Assembly (NCBI GenBank): GCA_963826535.1
Contig: CAWGXL010000011.1
Span: forward strand, 320,809 to 384,808
Source: an uncultured bacterium
GTDB taxonomy: Bacteria; Patescibacteriota; Microgenomatia; Levybacterales; UBA12049
Reading direction: 5' to 3'
DNA length: 64,000 nucleotides
In this document: positions 28,818 to 37,699 of the stretch, piece after piece
How positions within the stretch are numbered: the first letter of the stretch is position 1
Layout of the letters: every line of letters starts with the position of its first letter
The notes under the pieces: model-generated
What the model was told of the DNA's origin: nothing
Database searches by the model: none
What the model saw: the letters and a program-made list of their open reading frames with translations, nothing else
Made by a program: the position numbers and the translations under genes

Positions 28818-28874
28818 AAATGGCAGTGATCGTGAGGTGATTATAGCATAGATTGAAATGGGTAATGCTTATGG

Positions 28875-29594
28875 TTAAATAACTTGGTAATGCACAATGG
28901 TATTTCCCTCTTTTATTTCGATGTTCGGAATTGTAATTTTCCCGATTTCATTGGTTGAATGGACTTGGGTACCTCCATCTGCAACTGCGCCTATGGATTC
29001 TAACCGCAATGTTCTTAAGGGTTTATTGCTTGGTAGTCCGGGTTGTAGGTAGATAGCTTCTTTTTTTAAGTCATCAAGAGGTTGAAAGAGCCAGGAGAAT
29101 TTTAAATCTTTTATTATCAATTCATTTGCTTTGTCCTCAAGTTTTAGTTTTATATCTTCGCCTAAGGTCCCTTGATAAAGTATAAAAGGTTTTTTACCAT
29201 GATCTCCTTTTATGGGCATTAGGGATTTGGGAGAATAACCTATGACATACATGGCAAAATCTACTACATGACCTCCTGAATGTACCCGCATGTTTTTATA
29301 TCTTCTGTCCCAATTGATTTGCCCATGAACTTTATCTCCAGCTTTAGGAGCACCAGGAGAATTGAGATAGTGCCATATTTCTCCATTTTTCAGCATGACC
29401 ATATAGACTTCTGCCTTCCAGCTGTCATTTTCAAGAGTCCCTTGGTCGGTAGGTTGGCCTCCGCCCATGGGATAGAAGACAGTCTGGTCTAAAATTACTC
29501 TGTATTTATTTTCTGCTTCTAGGTGTACTTCTAAAACCGAAGCATCCATTTCCTTAAGGTAGGAGTCGTCGAGGTAAATTGGTTTTGTTTTCAT
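28875..29594 (-). CDS. Alanyl-tRNA editing protein AlaX-like (tRNA_SAD domain)
   Basis: FYPMGGGQPTDQG and HSGGH (HxxxH) motifs as in AlaRS editing domains. Confidence 0.5.
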   Translation of the reverse strand: MKTKPIYLDDSYLKEMDASVLEVHLEAENKYRVILDQTVFYPMGGGQPTDQGTLENDSWKAEVYMVMLKNGEIWHYLNSPGAPKAGDKVHGQINWDRRYKNMRVHSGGHVVDFAMYVIGYSPKSLMPIKGDHGKKPFILYQGTLGEDIKLKLEDKANELIIKDLKFSWLFQPLDDLKKEAIYLQPGLPSNKPLRTLRLESIGAVADGGTQVHSTNEIGKITIPNIEIKEGNTIVHYQVI

Positions 29595-29656
29595 AGTTTT
29601 ATTATATTATATATTAAGAAGTATATTTTCTTAAAATATGTCAGGATAAAAGAGTT

Positions 29657-30133
29657 TTATGCGTACTTTACTGTAAAAGCGTGGGTGAGGGCTATCGCAA
29701 GGGCGTCGGAGGTGTCGTCGGGTTTGGGGATGTTTGGGAGTTTTAGGAGGACTTTGACCATTTGGGCAACTTGGGATTTTTCTGCCCGGCCGTAGCCGGT
29801 GATGGCGATTTTTACCTGGAGAGGTGTGTAGATGGCTACAGGGATATTTTTTATCGCTGCCGCGAGCATGACAACTCCCCTTGCCTGCCCGACGATGAGA
29901 GCTGTTTTGGCGTTGGTGTTGAAAAAAAGTTCTTCGATAGAGAGGGCGTCAGGATGGTGCTCGTCAAGTAATTGGGTTAGAAAAGTAAAGATTTGCTCAA
30001 GGCGCTTGGGTGTTTCTTCTCCTGTCTGAGTTTCCAAACATCCGTATTGAACAGCGGTGACTATACTGTTCTTTTTTTCGATTATCCCCCACCCTGTTCT
30101 GCCAATGCCCGGATCAATACCAATAATGCGCAT
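29657..30133 (-). CDS. ruvC: Crossover junction endodeoxyribonuclease RuvC
   Basis: MRIIGIDPGIGRTGWGII with catalytic Asp. Start taken at the internal ATG; the 67-aa upstream extension of the track ORF is probably not translated. Confidence 0.85.
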   Translation of the reverse strand: MRIIGIDPGIGRTGWGIIEKKNSIVTAVQYGCLETQTGEETPKRLEQIFTFLTQLLDEHHPDALSIEELFFNTNAKTALIVGQARGVVMLAAAIKNIPVAIYTPLQVKIAITGYGRAEKSQVAQMVKVLLKLPNIPKPDDTSDALAIALTHAFTVKYA

Positions 30134-30172
30134 CCTTGTGTTATTATACAGGTTAGTATAAAATAGAAAATT

Positions 30173-30871
30173 ATGAAACACCCTGTACTTAATGCTGAGG
30201 CGAGAACACTTTTGGGTAAGAAAGTTAAGAAACTTCGAAGAGAGGGGCTGTTGCCGGCAAATGTGTATGGTAAAGGTCTTTCTTCCAAGTCGCTTCAGGT
30301 TAAGATTGCTGATTTTCAGATAGTTTATAAACAAGTCGGCGAAACAGGATTAGTAGAGCTTAAGGCTGATGGGCAAACTCACCCTGTGCTTATCAAGAAT
30401 TTACAAATGGATTATTCTACAAATACTCCGTTGCACGCAGATTTTTACCAAGTAAATCTTAAAGAGAAGGTCAAGACTATGGTACCAGTGGAACTCGTGG
30501 GCGAAGCGAAGGCGGTCACTGAAAAAATTGGGGTTTTGTTACAAACTCTATCTGAAGTTGAAGTCGAGGCTCTGCCTGACAGGATTCCTGAACATATTGA
30601 GGCAAATGTGGAGATGCTAGCCGAGATCGGCGCCGGAATTACTGTTGGAGAATTAAAGATTGAAGAGGGTGTTGTAATTTTGACTGATGCAGGAGTTACA
30701 ATCGCGCGTATCGCAGAGCTTGCTAAAGAGGAGCCTGTTGAAGTCGTTAAGGAAGAGCCTGTAGAGGGCGAAGTTCCGGAAGAAGGGGCTACTCCCGACG
30801 CTACACCAACGGATAAAGCAGGAGAGAAAACAGAAAAACCGGAAAAACCACAAGAGAAACAAGGAAAATAG
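30173..30871 (+). CDS. rplY: Ribosomal protein L25 / general stress protein Ctc
   Basis: LNAEARTLLGKKVKKLRREGLLPANVYGKG N-terminus with an acidic C-terminal extension. Confidence 0.8.
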   Translation: MKHPVLNAEARTLLGKKVKKLRREGLLPANVYGKGLSSKSLQVKIADFQIVYKQVGETGLVELKADGQTHPVLIKNLQMDYSTNTPLHADFYQVNLKEKVKTMVPVELVGEAKAVTEKIGVLLQTLSEVEVEALPDRIPEHIEANVEMLAEIGAGITVGELKIEEGVVILTDAGVTIARIAELAKEEPVEVVKEEPVEGEVPEEGATPDATPTDKAGEKTEKPEKPQEKQGK

Positions 30872-30875
30872 CTGG

Positions 30876-31322
30876 TTAATAATGCTCGCGTCGTATATGT
30901 TCTCCTAATACTCTCCCCTGTTCCGCATTAGGATTAAGACTCAATGCTTTATCTAAAAAGGCATTGGCCGAATGCGAATTGCCAAGGGCGTATTCTAATG
31001 AGGCAATTTTGAGATATATGTCAGGATAATTATTGTAATTTCCTGCAAGTTTTTTCCAATAGATTACTTCTTTTTCGATATTATTTCTTTCTAAAGTAAT
31101 TTTTTTCAAATACTCGCGGTTCTTTAGCAAAATCAAGCCTTGACTTATTGTTATGCTAAGCAGAGATATTGACAACAAGCAGATTATAATTATTTTAACT
31201 TCGGGAATAAATCGGAAAATGCTTGGGAATTGTAGATTATTTTGATTTTCGCCGAGGGAAAATACCTTAGTTTTTACTTTGGTTAATTTAATGTTGGGCA
31301 GTGAAATGGGCATACTAGACAA
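30876..31322 (-). CDS. Hypothetical membrane-anchored TPR-like protein
   Basis: One TM helix plus a TPR-like YALGNSHSANAFLDKALSLNPN. Confidence 0.3.
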   Translation of the reverse strand: MSSMPISLPNIKLTKVKTKVFSLGENQNNLQFPSIFRFIPEVKIIIICLLSISLLSITISQGLILLKNREYLKKITLERNNIEKEVIYWKKLAGNYNNYPDIYLKIASLEYALGNSHSANAFLDKALSLNPNAEQGRVLGEHIRREHY

Positions 31323-31374
31323 TTTTCAATTTACTCCCGATTTAATCGGGATTCAATGAATTTTCATTAATTAC

Positions 31375-33660
31375 TTATTTGCTTGGCCATGGTTCTATCA
31401 TAATAGATTTTTTGTTATTTGCAAGTTTTTGATAGATTTCTTCGGTGATAAAGGGCATGAAAGGATGCAATAGTTTTAAACAAGTAGTAAAAACGTACAT
31501 TAAAGTTGAAAGGGAAATATCTTTATCTTCTCTAGATTTTACATGCTCAATATATTTATCTGCTAATTCATGCCACATAAATTGGTAGATTGCCTCTCCG
31601 GCGTCTGCAAATCGGAATTTTCCCAGTTCGCGATCAACTCTATTTATAAGAGTATTCAGTTGTTTAAGTATCTCTTTGTCTTCCTTTAAGAGCTTCTTTT
31701 TATCTATTTTTTTAAAATCAGGAGCTTCTCTCCCCCATTGCTCAACCATCATTAATATAAATCTTGCCATATTCCAGATCTTATTCGCGAAATGTTTATA
31801 GGCAATTACTCTGTCCCGGGGGAAATTAAAGTCTTTGCCATTGGCTGTCCCGGCAATAAGTCCCATCCTAAGGGCATCGACTCCATATTGCTCAATATAC
31901 TCTTCGGGGTTAATTACATTTCCAAGACTTTTACTCATTTTTCTTCCGTCTAATGCGCGGACAATACCATGGAGATAAACATGTTCAAACGGCGGCTTAC
32001 CTGTAAGATAAAACCCGAACATGATCATACGCGATACCCATAATCTAATAATCTCCCATCCTGTTTCCATTACTGACGTGGGGTAGAAATATTTAAAGTC
32101 TTTAGAACTCGGATATCCGAGAGTTACAAGAGGCCATTGACCGGAGGAAAACCAGGTGTCGAATATATCTGTTTCTTGGATGTATTGTTTATCTTCATCC
32201 CCTTGTACAGTTGGATCATTGGACGCAACGATATATGATGAAACCGCTTTTCTCTTATCCCAAATTGTCGTTACTTGTTGCAAACCTGCTTTTATATCCT
32301 CAAGAGAGGAGCCTTCCTTTAAAAAATTCTGGATATTTCCTCGCTGAAGTTGATTATTTTTATCTAACCAAACAACCCAAATATTTAACACATCTTTCTC
32401 AATTTTATACCAAACAGGAATCCGTATACCCCACACATTTTGCCGTGAAATCGGCCAATCTCTCATCTCTTCCATCCATCGCAAATAGGTTATTTCACGC
32501 CACTTGGGAAAGATTTTAATTTTTCCTGTTTTAACCGCATCATAGGCAGGTTTTTTAAATGATTTATGCTGCGTGTCAACTTTTATAAACCAGTTCGGCA
32601 TAATCATCGACTCTATATCATGTCCGGCTTTACAAAGAGAAATTGAATGAATATATTTTTCATCCACTTTTTCGATCATTCCTTTTTGTTCCAATTCTTC
32701 AACTGCCTTTTTCCGTGCTTCTTGAATGCTCAATCCCTGATATCTGCCTTTCATTTTCCCGTTCAACTCCAACACTTCGTTTATGGGCAGCTTATGCTTC
32801 AGAGCAACTTCATAATCTTTTTTGTCAACGGCAGGGGTAAGTTTTACAATTCCTGTGCCAAATTTTGGATCAACAAATTCATCTCCTATTATTTCCATTT
32901 CTGCTCCTGTCAGCGGATTGAAAACTTTCTCACCGATAAGTTCTCTGTGGATTTTATCTTTGGGGTTAACCGCCAGATGAGTATCTTCAGCAATAGGCTC
33001 GGGCCTCACCGTCGCGATAGAAATATATTGCTGGCCGTGTTCCTTATGGACACGTTCATATTTTATGTAATACAAGGGGTCTTTTCTTTCATCATGGTTT
33101 ATCTCAACATCCGCATATGTTGTTCCGCATTTGGGGCAATAATTAACCATATAGTTATCACGATATACTAATTTATCCTTATGCATTTTTTTAAATGTAT
33201 CCTGGACTGTAAGTACGACATCGGGATCTAATGTAAATTTATATCGGCTCCAATCAACGCTTGCGCCCATTTGCCGCATTTGTGATTCGATCATATGTCT
33301 ATTATCTTGAACGAACTGCCAAATTTCATCATACAGCTGCTTTCTTGTATACTGGAAACGCGACTTGCCTTGTTTTTTTAGTTCCTTTTCGAAGGTAATT
33401 TGTGTTTCTGTTCCCGCATGATCTGTTCCAGGTACCCAGAGAGTGGGTTCGCCTTTCATGCGATGCCAACGGATAAGCAGATCTTCAATGGCAATCATGA
33501 GGACATTGCCTGTGTGCATTTTACCGCTAGCGTTTGGTGGAGGAAGGAGAATTGTAAATGGTTTTTTTTTGGGATCTATTTTTGGCTTGAAGTAACCTTT
33601 TTCTTCCCACATCTGATAGGTTTTTTCTTCTACTTCCAGGTGATTGTAGACTTTATCCAT
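31375..33660 (-). CDS. valS: Valyl-tRNA synthetase (class Ia)
   Basis: PPPNASGKMHTGN (PPPNxTG..HxGH-like), DTWFSSGQWP, KMSKSLGN. Start at the internal ATG (MDKVY). Confidence 0.6.
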   Translation of the reverse strand: MDKVYNHLEVEEKTYQMWEEKGYFKPKIDPKKKPFTILLPPPNASGKMHTGNVLMIAIEDLLIRWHRMKGEPTLWVPGTDHAGTETQITFEKELKKQGKSRFQYTRKQLYDEIWQFVQDNRHMIESQMRQMGASVDWSRYKFTLDPDVVLTVQDTFKKMHKDKLVYRDNYMVNYCPKCGTTYADVEINHDERKDPLYYIKYERVHKEHGQQYISIATVRPEPIAEDTHLAVNPKDKIHRELIGEKVFNPLTGAEMEIIGDEFVDPKFGTGIVKLTPAVDKKDYEVALKHKLPINEVLELNGKMKGRYQGLSIQEARKKAVEELEQKGMIEKVDEKYIHSISLCKAGHDIESMIMPNWFIKVDTQHKSFKKPAYDAVKTGKIKIFPKWREITYLRWMEEMRDWPISRQNVWGIRIPVWYKIEKDVLNIWVVWLDKNNQLQRGNIQNFLKEGSSLEDIKAGLQQVTTIWDKRKAVSSYIVASNDPTVQGDEDKQYIQETDIFDTWFSSGQWPLVTLGYPSSKDFKYFYPTSVMETGWEIIRLWVSRMIMFGFYLTGKPPFEHVYLHGIVRALDGRKMSKSLGNVINPEEYIEQYGVDALRMGLIAGTANGKDFNFPRDRVIAYKHFANKIWNMARFILMMVEQWGREAPDFKKIDKKKLLKEDKEILKQLNTLINRVDRELGKFRFADAGEAIYQFMWHELADKYIEHVKSREDKDISLSTLMYVFTTCLKLLHPFMPFITEEIYQKLANNKKSIMIEPWPSK

Positions 33661-33796
33661 GAGGGAATTGTAGCATAAAATTAAAATATCAGGCAATAAA
33701 CATTAGTGGCGCATTCAATGTCAGCGCAACTAATGGCATAAACAATCACTGTAATTTCACTATAGCGGCGTGAGTTGATTTAACACAGGAGATTTA

Positions 33797-34246
33797 TTAT
33801 TGCTGGCTACCAGGTTGTGCTAGTTGCTGCGCTCTTATCGTTTGTTGCACTTTTTCCCAATTCGCGGCCTTCTGTACATAAACCTCTGCTTCTTTGGGAT
33901 CTGAGCTTGCATGGTACAATGCATGATCATGATAATTTCTAATCGTAGTGGAGCAGAACAACATTTTCCCATAAGACCCGCCTTCCTGCATTCGTTTAAG
34001 CTCTAAGACTTGATGTAATTGCCTAGAGCCAGCACCCTCCCAATGAAAAACCTGATCTTTATTTATCTGGGATGTAGAATGTTCAACAAGATTGTCGATT
34101 GCAATGGTTACGTCTTCAGGCTTGCCATTACCACTATCTATTCTCTGTATTGCTTCGACCATGGGTCTTAACGTCGGCTCTGTCTTCTCAGATCTAACAC
34201 TCTCTGGGTTTGAAGATAGTGGCATCTCTTTTCCTCTTTCGTCCAT
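33797..34246 (-). CDS. Hypothetical protein
   Basis: ORF only. Confidence 0.3.
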   Translation of the reverse strand: MDERGKEMPLSSNPESVRSEKTEPTLRPMVEAIQRIDSGNGKPEDVTIAIDNLVEHSTSQINKDQVFHWEGAGSRQLHQVLELKRMQEGGSYGKMLFCSTTIRNYHDHALYHASSDPKEAEVYVQKAANWEKVQQTIRAQQLAQPGSQQ

Positions 34247-34309
34247 ATTTTCACCTCCTATAAATATAGTAATTTTATTTCTATTACATCAAATATATAT
34301 TTTCATAAC

Positions 34310-34948
34310 CTAAAAGTCAATATTAAGCTTTTCTGAGGCGAGGCGGCGGGATTCTTGGCGAAAAAAGTCTTTTACTTCTTCCCATTTGACCGGCAGGAGC
34401 ATTTCCGGCATGTCATCATCTTCCGCATCGGCAAAATAGCTTAATCCTTTAATAAGTTGATACAATTTGTCATCCAGAGATCCATATTTTTCTTCGTAAA
34501 AATTAAACATCTGATCAATAGTAAATTCTTTCGCCAACATGAAAACATCAATAAAATCTCTTTTAACTCCCCTGTCGCTTATTGCATGTATTTTCATTGC
34601 GGCAATGTCTTTTTTGCCAATAAGATTAATGCCTTCGAAGGTTATAAGGGGGTCAATAATTTTATATTTATAATAAAAAATGCTGAAGCGAGTTTTGCTA
34701 ATCCGTCCTAAAACGGATGCCCAGGCTCTTTGGTCTTCTTGAAATAAGGACAATTGTGAGAGTTCTGTGGCTACCAAGTTTTCATCAAATTTTTCTTTTG
34801 TAAAAAAATCCAAATCGACTGACATTCTGTGTCCTAATTGCAGAGCAAGAGCTGTTCCTCCTGCAAGATAAGCTCGCTGCACTGTCGGTATGGTTGCTGC
34901 TAATTTGATAGCCCAAAGGGTATCCGGGAGTAAGGTTTTTGTAAACAT
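34310..34948 (-). CDS. Nucleotidyltransferase, AbiEii/DUF1814-like toxin
   Basis: GGTALALQLGHRMSVDLDFF matches the GGTAL..R.S.D.D NTase motif of AbiEii-type proteins. Confidence 0.5.
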   Translation of the reverse strand: MFTKTLLPDTLWAIKLAATIPTVQRAYLAGGTALALQLGHRMSVDLDFFTKEKFDENLVATELSQLSLFQEDQRAWASVLGRISKTRFSIFYYKYKIIDPLITFEGINLIGKKDIAAMKIHAISDRGVKRDFIDVFMLAKEFTIDQMFNFYEEKYGSLDDKLYQLIKGLSYFADAEDDDMPEMLLPVKWEEVKDFFRQESRRLASEKLNIDF

Positions 34949-35214
34949 GGCACTTCCTTGGGATTAATATCTAGAATATGCGCCCAAAAATTCGCTGTTT
35001 TTCTGGATATATCCCTTGATGTCAAGATGAGTTCCCGTATGTCATCCAGGCTAAATATTGTGAGCGCCCAGCGTAAGCTTTGAGTATCCCCTCGATCAAT
35101 CACCCGCTTGAGAATAAATCTTGGATTTTTTTGTAGATCCAATTTATCAAATGGCACATCCCAAAAATAAGGCTGCAAAAATTCTGGGAGCGTTGTTTTT
35201 TTATTTTGCTTCAT
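34900..35214 (-). CDS. Small partner protein (putative antitoxin) overlapping the AbiEii-like gene
   Basis: Its 3' end overlaps the NTase gene by 49 nt. I recognise no domain. Confidence 0.35.
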   Translation of the reverse strand: MKQNKKTTLPEFLQPYFWDVPFDKLDLQKNPRFILKRVIDRGDTQSLRWALTIFSLDDIRELILTSRDISRKTANFWAHILDINPKEVPCLQKPYSRIPFGLSN

Positions 35215-35236
35215 ATATATACTCAAGTTACGAAAA

Positions 35237-35287
35237 AGGAAGAAATTAATTCTAACTTCTGGATTCCCGCCTCCGCGGGAATGACAA
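35237..35287. repeat. About 51-nt repeated element with GC-rich hairpin (copy 2)
   Basis: aggaagaaattaattctaacttctggattcccgcctccgcgggaatgacaa. Confidence 0.6.
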
Positions 35288-35333
35288 CTACGTAAATCCT
35301 ATTATCTATTATGACATATTTTTTGCTAAAATT

Positions 35334-36698
35334 CTATTCTTTAATAGCGGAAAGCTTGTAGCCCCGGGTGCGGACGGTGACTATTTCGTAGGGGCTGGCT
35401 TGCTGTTTTAGTTTTACTCGCACGCGGGCTACCAGTCTATCGATCGCCCAGTCGGAAATGCCTAATTCTTTGTATTCAGGCCATACTGTTTCAATGATCT
35501 CTTCTCTTTCGCAGATATTGCCAATATGGGATTCTAAGAGCGTGAAGAGCAGATGTTCTTTTTTAGTTAAATGGATGGTGTGTCCATTTTTGTTTTCTTC
35601 TTTTTCTCTTCCTTCAAGGTAAACGGCAAAAAGCGGGCTAAAGAGTAAGTCTTTGTTGTTTTCAACTTTTATAAAGCCTGTGTCCCATAAATATATATTT
35701 TTTTCTTTATCAACGGAGGCAATTTTTTCTTTTTTGTTTAAACTGGCAAGAAGTTTCTTCTCATCTTTTGTTAGGCTTTCCCATAATTCTTCCGATTGAA
35801 GGGTAATTCGCTCATCATGAACGAGGGTGTGAAAAAGTTCTTCGCTTGTGGTTGTTCCATTTATTTTTTTCTCATTGAGAATAATTAAGGCTAACTGCAA
35901 GTATTGTACGTTGCCATTTACCAAATTAAATAATGCTTCTTCAACTGTTGGATTAAGTAGTAAATTGTACCGTTGATTATAGGATTCATAGATTATTCGC
36001 ATATCTTTATCTATTGCAGGGCGCAAGTAAATAGTTTGTGTAAAAACAGAAAGGGAGGTTTTGGCTGCCGGGAAGATACTGTTCAAACTTCTGAAGCTTG
36101 TAAATACATAGGTTAATTCCTCATGGGTTGCATCACGCAAGCCTTGGAGATTGTTGAAAAAAGATGGAGTAAAAACTGCTGATATCCGGTCAAACCTGAT
36201 AATGAACAATGTAGGGAGCAGGCCCGCACCCACAATTAATAGCAGTGCTTGCCTAACATTATCTATGAGCATGAATAAATCTTGCGATTGAATACTATTT
36301 AGAAATAATGAGCCAATTTTATTTTTTGTAGCTTGGGGAAGTTTAGATTTCTCTACTTCGTCAACTATGCGCTTGAGAGTTAAAGTCCAGAATGGATATA
36401 TATCGAGTTCGATAAGGTCATTCAGATCAATTGGAATAAATAAATGCTCACGATTGTCGCCAATATAGGTTTTAATAATATCTTTATGGAAGAGAAAGAA
36501 CCTGAGGAAATTACTGATACCTATGCGTTTCATGCCAACGATATTTACGCTTTGGCGACGTCTTAATTGTGCTCCCAGTTCGCCCGCTTCTTTTTCACGA
36601 AAATTAAACGGGTACTCTGTTTCGAATATTGCAGGGATCATGTGGTAATTATACTCGAACTTCCAGTTAAGAATCAAATGCCGGATCAGAATTTCCAT
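35334..36698 (-). CDS. Degenerate P-loop NTPase fused to C-terminal OmpR/PhoB-type winged-helix DNA-binding domain
   Basis: N-terminal IVGMKRIGIS (GxxxxGxS). C-terminal LTKKEHLLFTLL...VW...AIDRLVARVRVKL...VTVRTRGYKL is a trans_reg_C signature. Paralog of 59862-61196. Confidence 0.55.
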   Translation of the reverse strand: MEILIRHLILNWKFEYNYHMIPAIFETEYPFNFREKEAGELGAQLRRRQSVNIVGMKRIGISNFLRFFLFHKDIIKTYIGDNREHLFIPIDLNDLIELDIYPFWTLTLKRIVDEVEKSKLPQATKNKIGSLFLNSIQSQDLFMLIDNVRQALLLIVGAGLLPTLFIIRFDRISAVFTPSFFNNLQGLRDATHEELTYVFTSFRSLNSIFPAAKTSLSVFTQTIYLRPAIDKDMRIIYESYNQRYNLLLNPTVEEALFNLVNGNVQYLQLALIILNEKKINGTTTSEELFHTLVHDERITLQSEELWESLTKDEKKLLASLNKKEKIASVDKEKNIYLWDTGFIKVENNKDLLFSPLFAVYLEGREKEENKNGHTIHLTKKEHLLFTLLESHIGNICEREEIIETVWPEYKELGISDWAIDRLVARVRVKLKQQASPYEIVTVRTRGYKLSAIKE

Positions 36699-37699
36699 GC
36701 AAGCTCTTTTTTAATTTCTTTGACGGCATTTTCGTATTGGGCTTTTGAGAGTTGATTATTTAATATACAATATTTTTTGTTTTTTAAACCTACGCAGCCG
36801 AAGCAATCGGAGCAGTTTAAGAGTTTTGTACTATAGTGACAATTCGTACAACCTTCACTATAGTTTAGGAATGCGCAATCGTAGCAAGATTCTGTAAATA
36901 TATTCTCATAACACCGCTGTGAAAAAGTATTTCCCACTGGGTTTCCTCCAGATTGTTCTAAGTCCCAACAATTCTTTGCTCTTGTTGAATCAAAAACATA
37001 GCCGGAATTTTCAAAATTTAATACACTAAAAACCCAATAACAATTTTTTGTATTATAAATGTTATTGCCATAAGGACAATTTTCTGAATTAGATTGGTTA
37101 TTTGCATTGTGTGGTATTGTTTTTTTGAGTTCAATCATTTGGGCAAGGATATTTTCAGATTTATCTTTTTTTAACTCCTCTATCTTTTTGAAATATTCTT
37201 CTTTTGTGTACTGTTTGTTGAAAATACAATATTTTTTGTGAGTCAATGCCACGCATCCAAAACAGTCGCTACATGAGTTTAAAAAGGCGGAAAAATGACA
37301 ATCGGTATTGCTATTGCAATCAATTAAAAAAGTACAACTATGACACTTAGTGCTATTTAAACTTTCATAGCATTTTTCAGATTCATACATTCCATAACAA
37401 TCTGCGATCGTTTTGTTATATTGCCCAAAGTTTGTATACATATTATTTTCAAGATAATATGAATCGAAAGAATAATAGCAATTCTTGCATCTTTCGAGAT
37501 AATCCGTATATTCGCAGTCAACGCATGTGATGGCAACAATAGCAGGAACGGGAATTGATTTTTTTAGAAGCTCGTATTTCTCAAGAAAGATCATTTGTCT
37601 TATTATATCAAGAAAGGTCAAAAACTGCTGCGAAATTGAGTTTGTTTGGTATATACTAAATTGTTGGGGGTTTATGAAATTTATTGGAGACGCAGACAT
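36686..37699 (-). CDS. Cysteine-rich two-repeat protein of unknown function
   Basis: More than 30 Cys across two modules of about 120 aa. Each module ends CSDCFGCV(A/G)L..KKYCI(F/L)N.Q..K..Y. Start is uncertain: the M1 codon would overlap the divergent pgk start, and M36 is the alternative. Confidence 0.45.
   Translation of the reverse strand: MSASPINFINPQQFSIYQTNSISQQFLTFLDIIRQMIFLEKYELLKKSIPVPAIVAITCVDCEYTDYLERCKNCYYSFDSYYLENNMYTNFGQYNKTIADCYGMYESEKCYESLNSTKCHSCTFLIDCNSNTDCHFSAFLNSCSDCFGCVALTHKKYCIFNKQYTKEEYFKKIEELKKDKSENILAQMIELKKTIPHNANNQSNSENCPYGNNIYNTKNCYWVFSVLNFENSGYVFDSTRAKNCWDLEQSGGNPVGNTFSQRCYENIFTESCYDCAFLNYSEGCTNCHYSTKLLNCSDCFGCVGLKNKKYCILNNQLSKAQYENAVKEIKKELAWKF

Noticed and set aside
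30134-30334. 67-aa N-terminal extension of the ruvC ORF
   Set aside because: Conserved RuvC begins at MRIIGIDPG. The extension is low-complexity, would overlap the divergent rplY promoter region, and has no homolog features.
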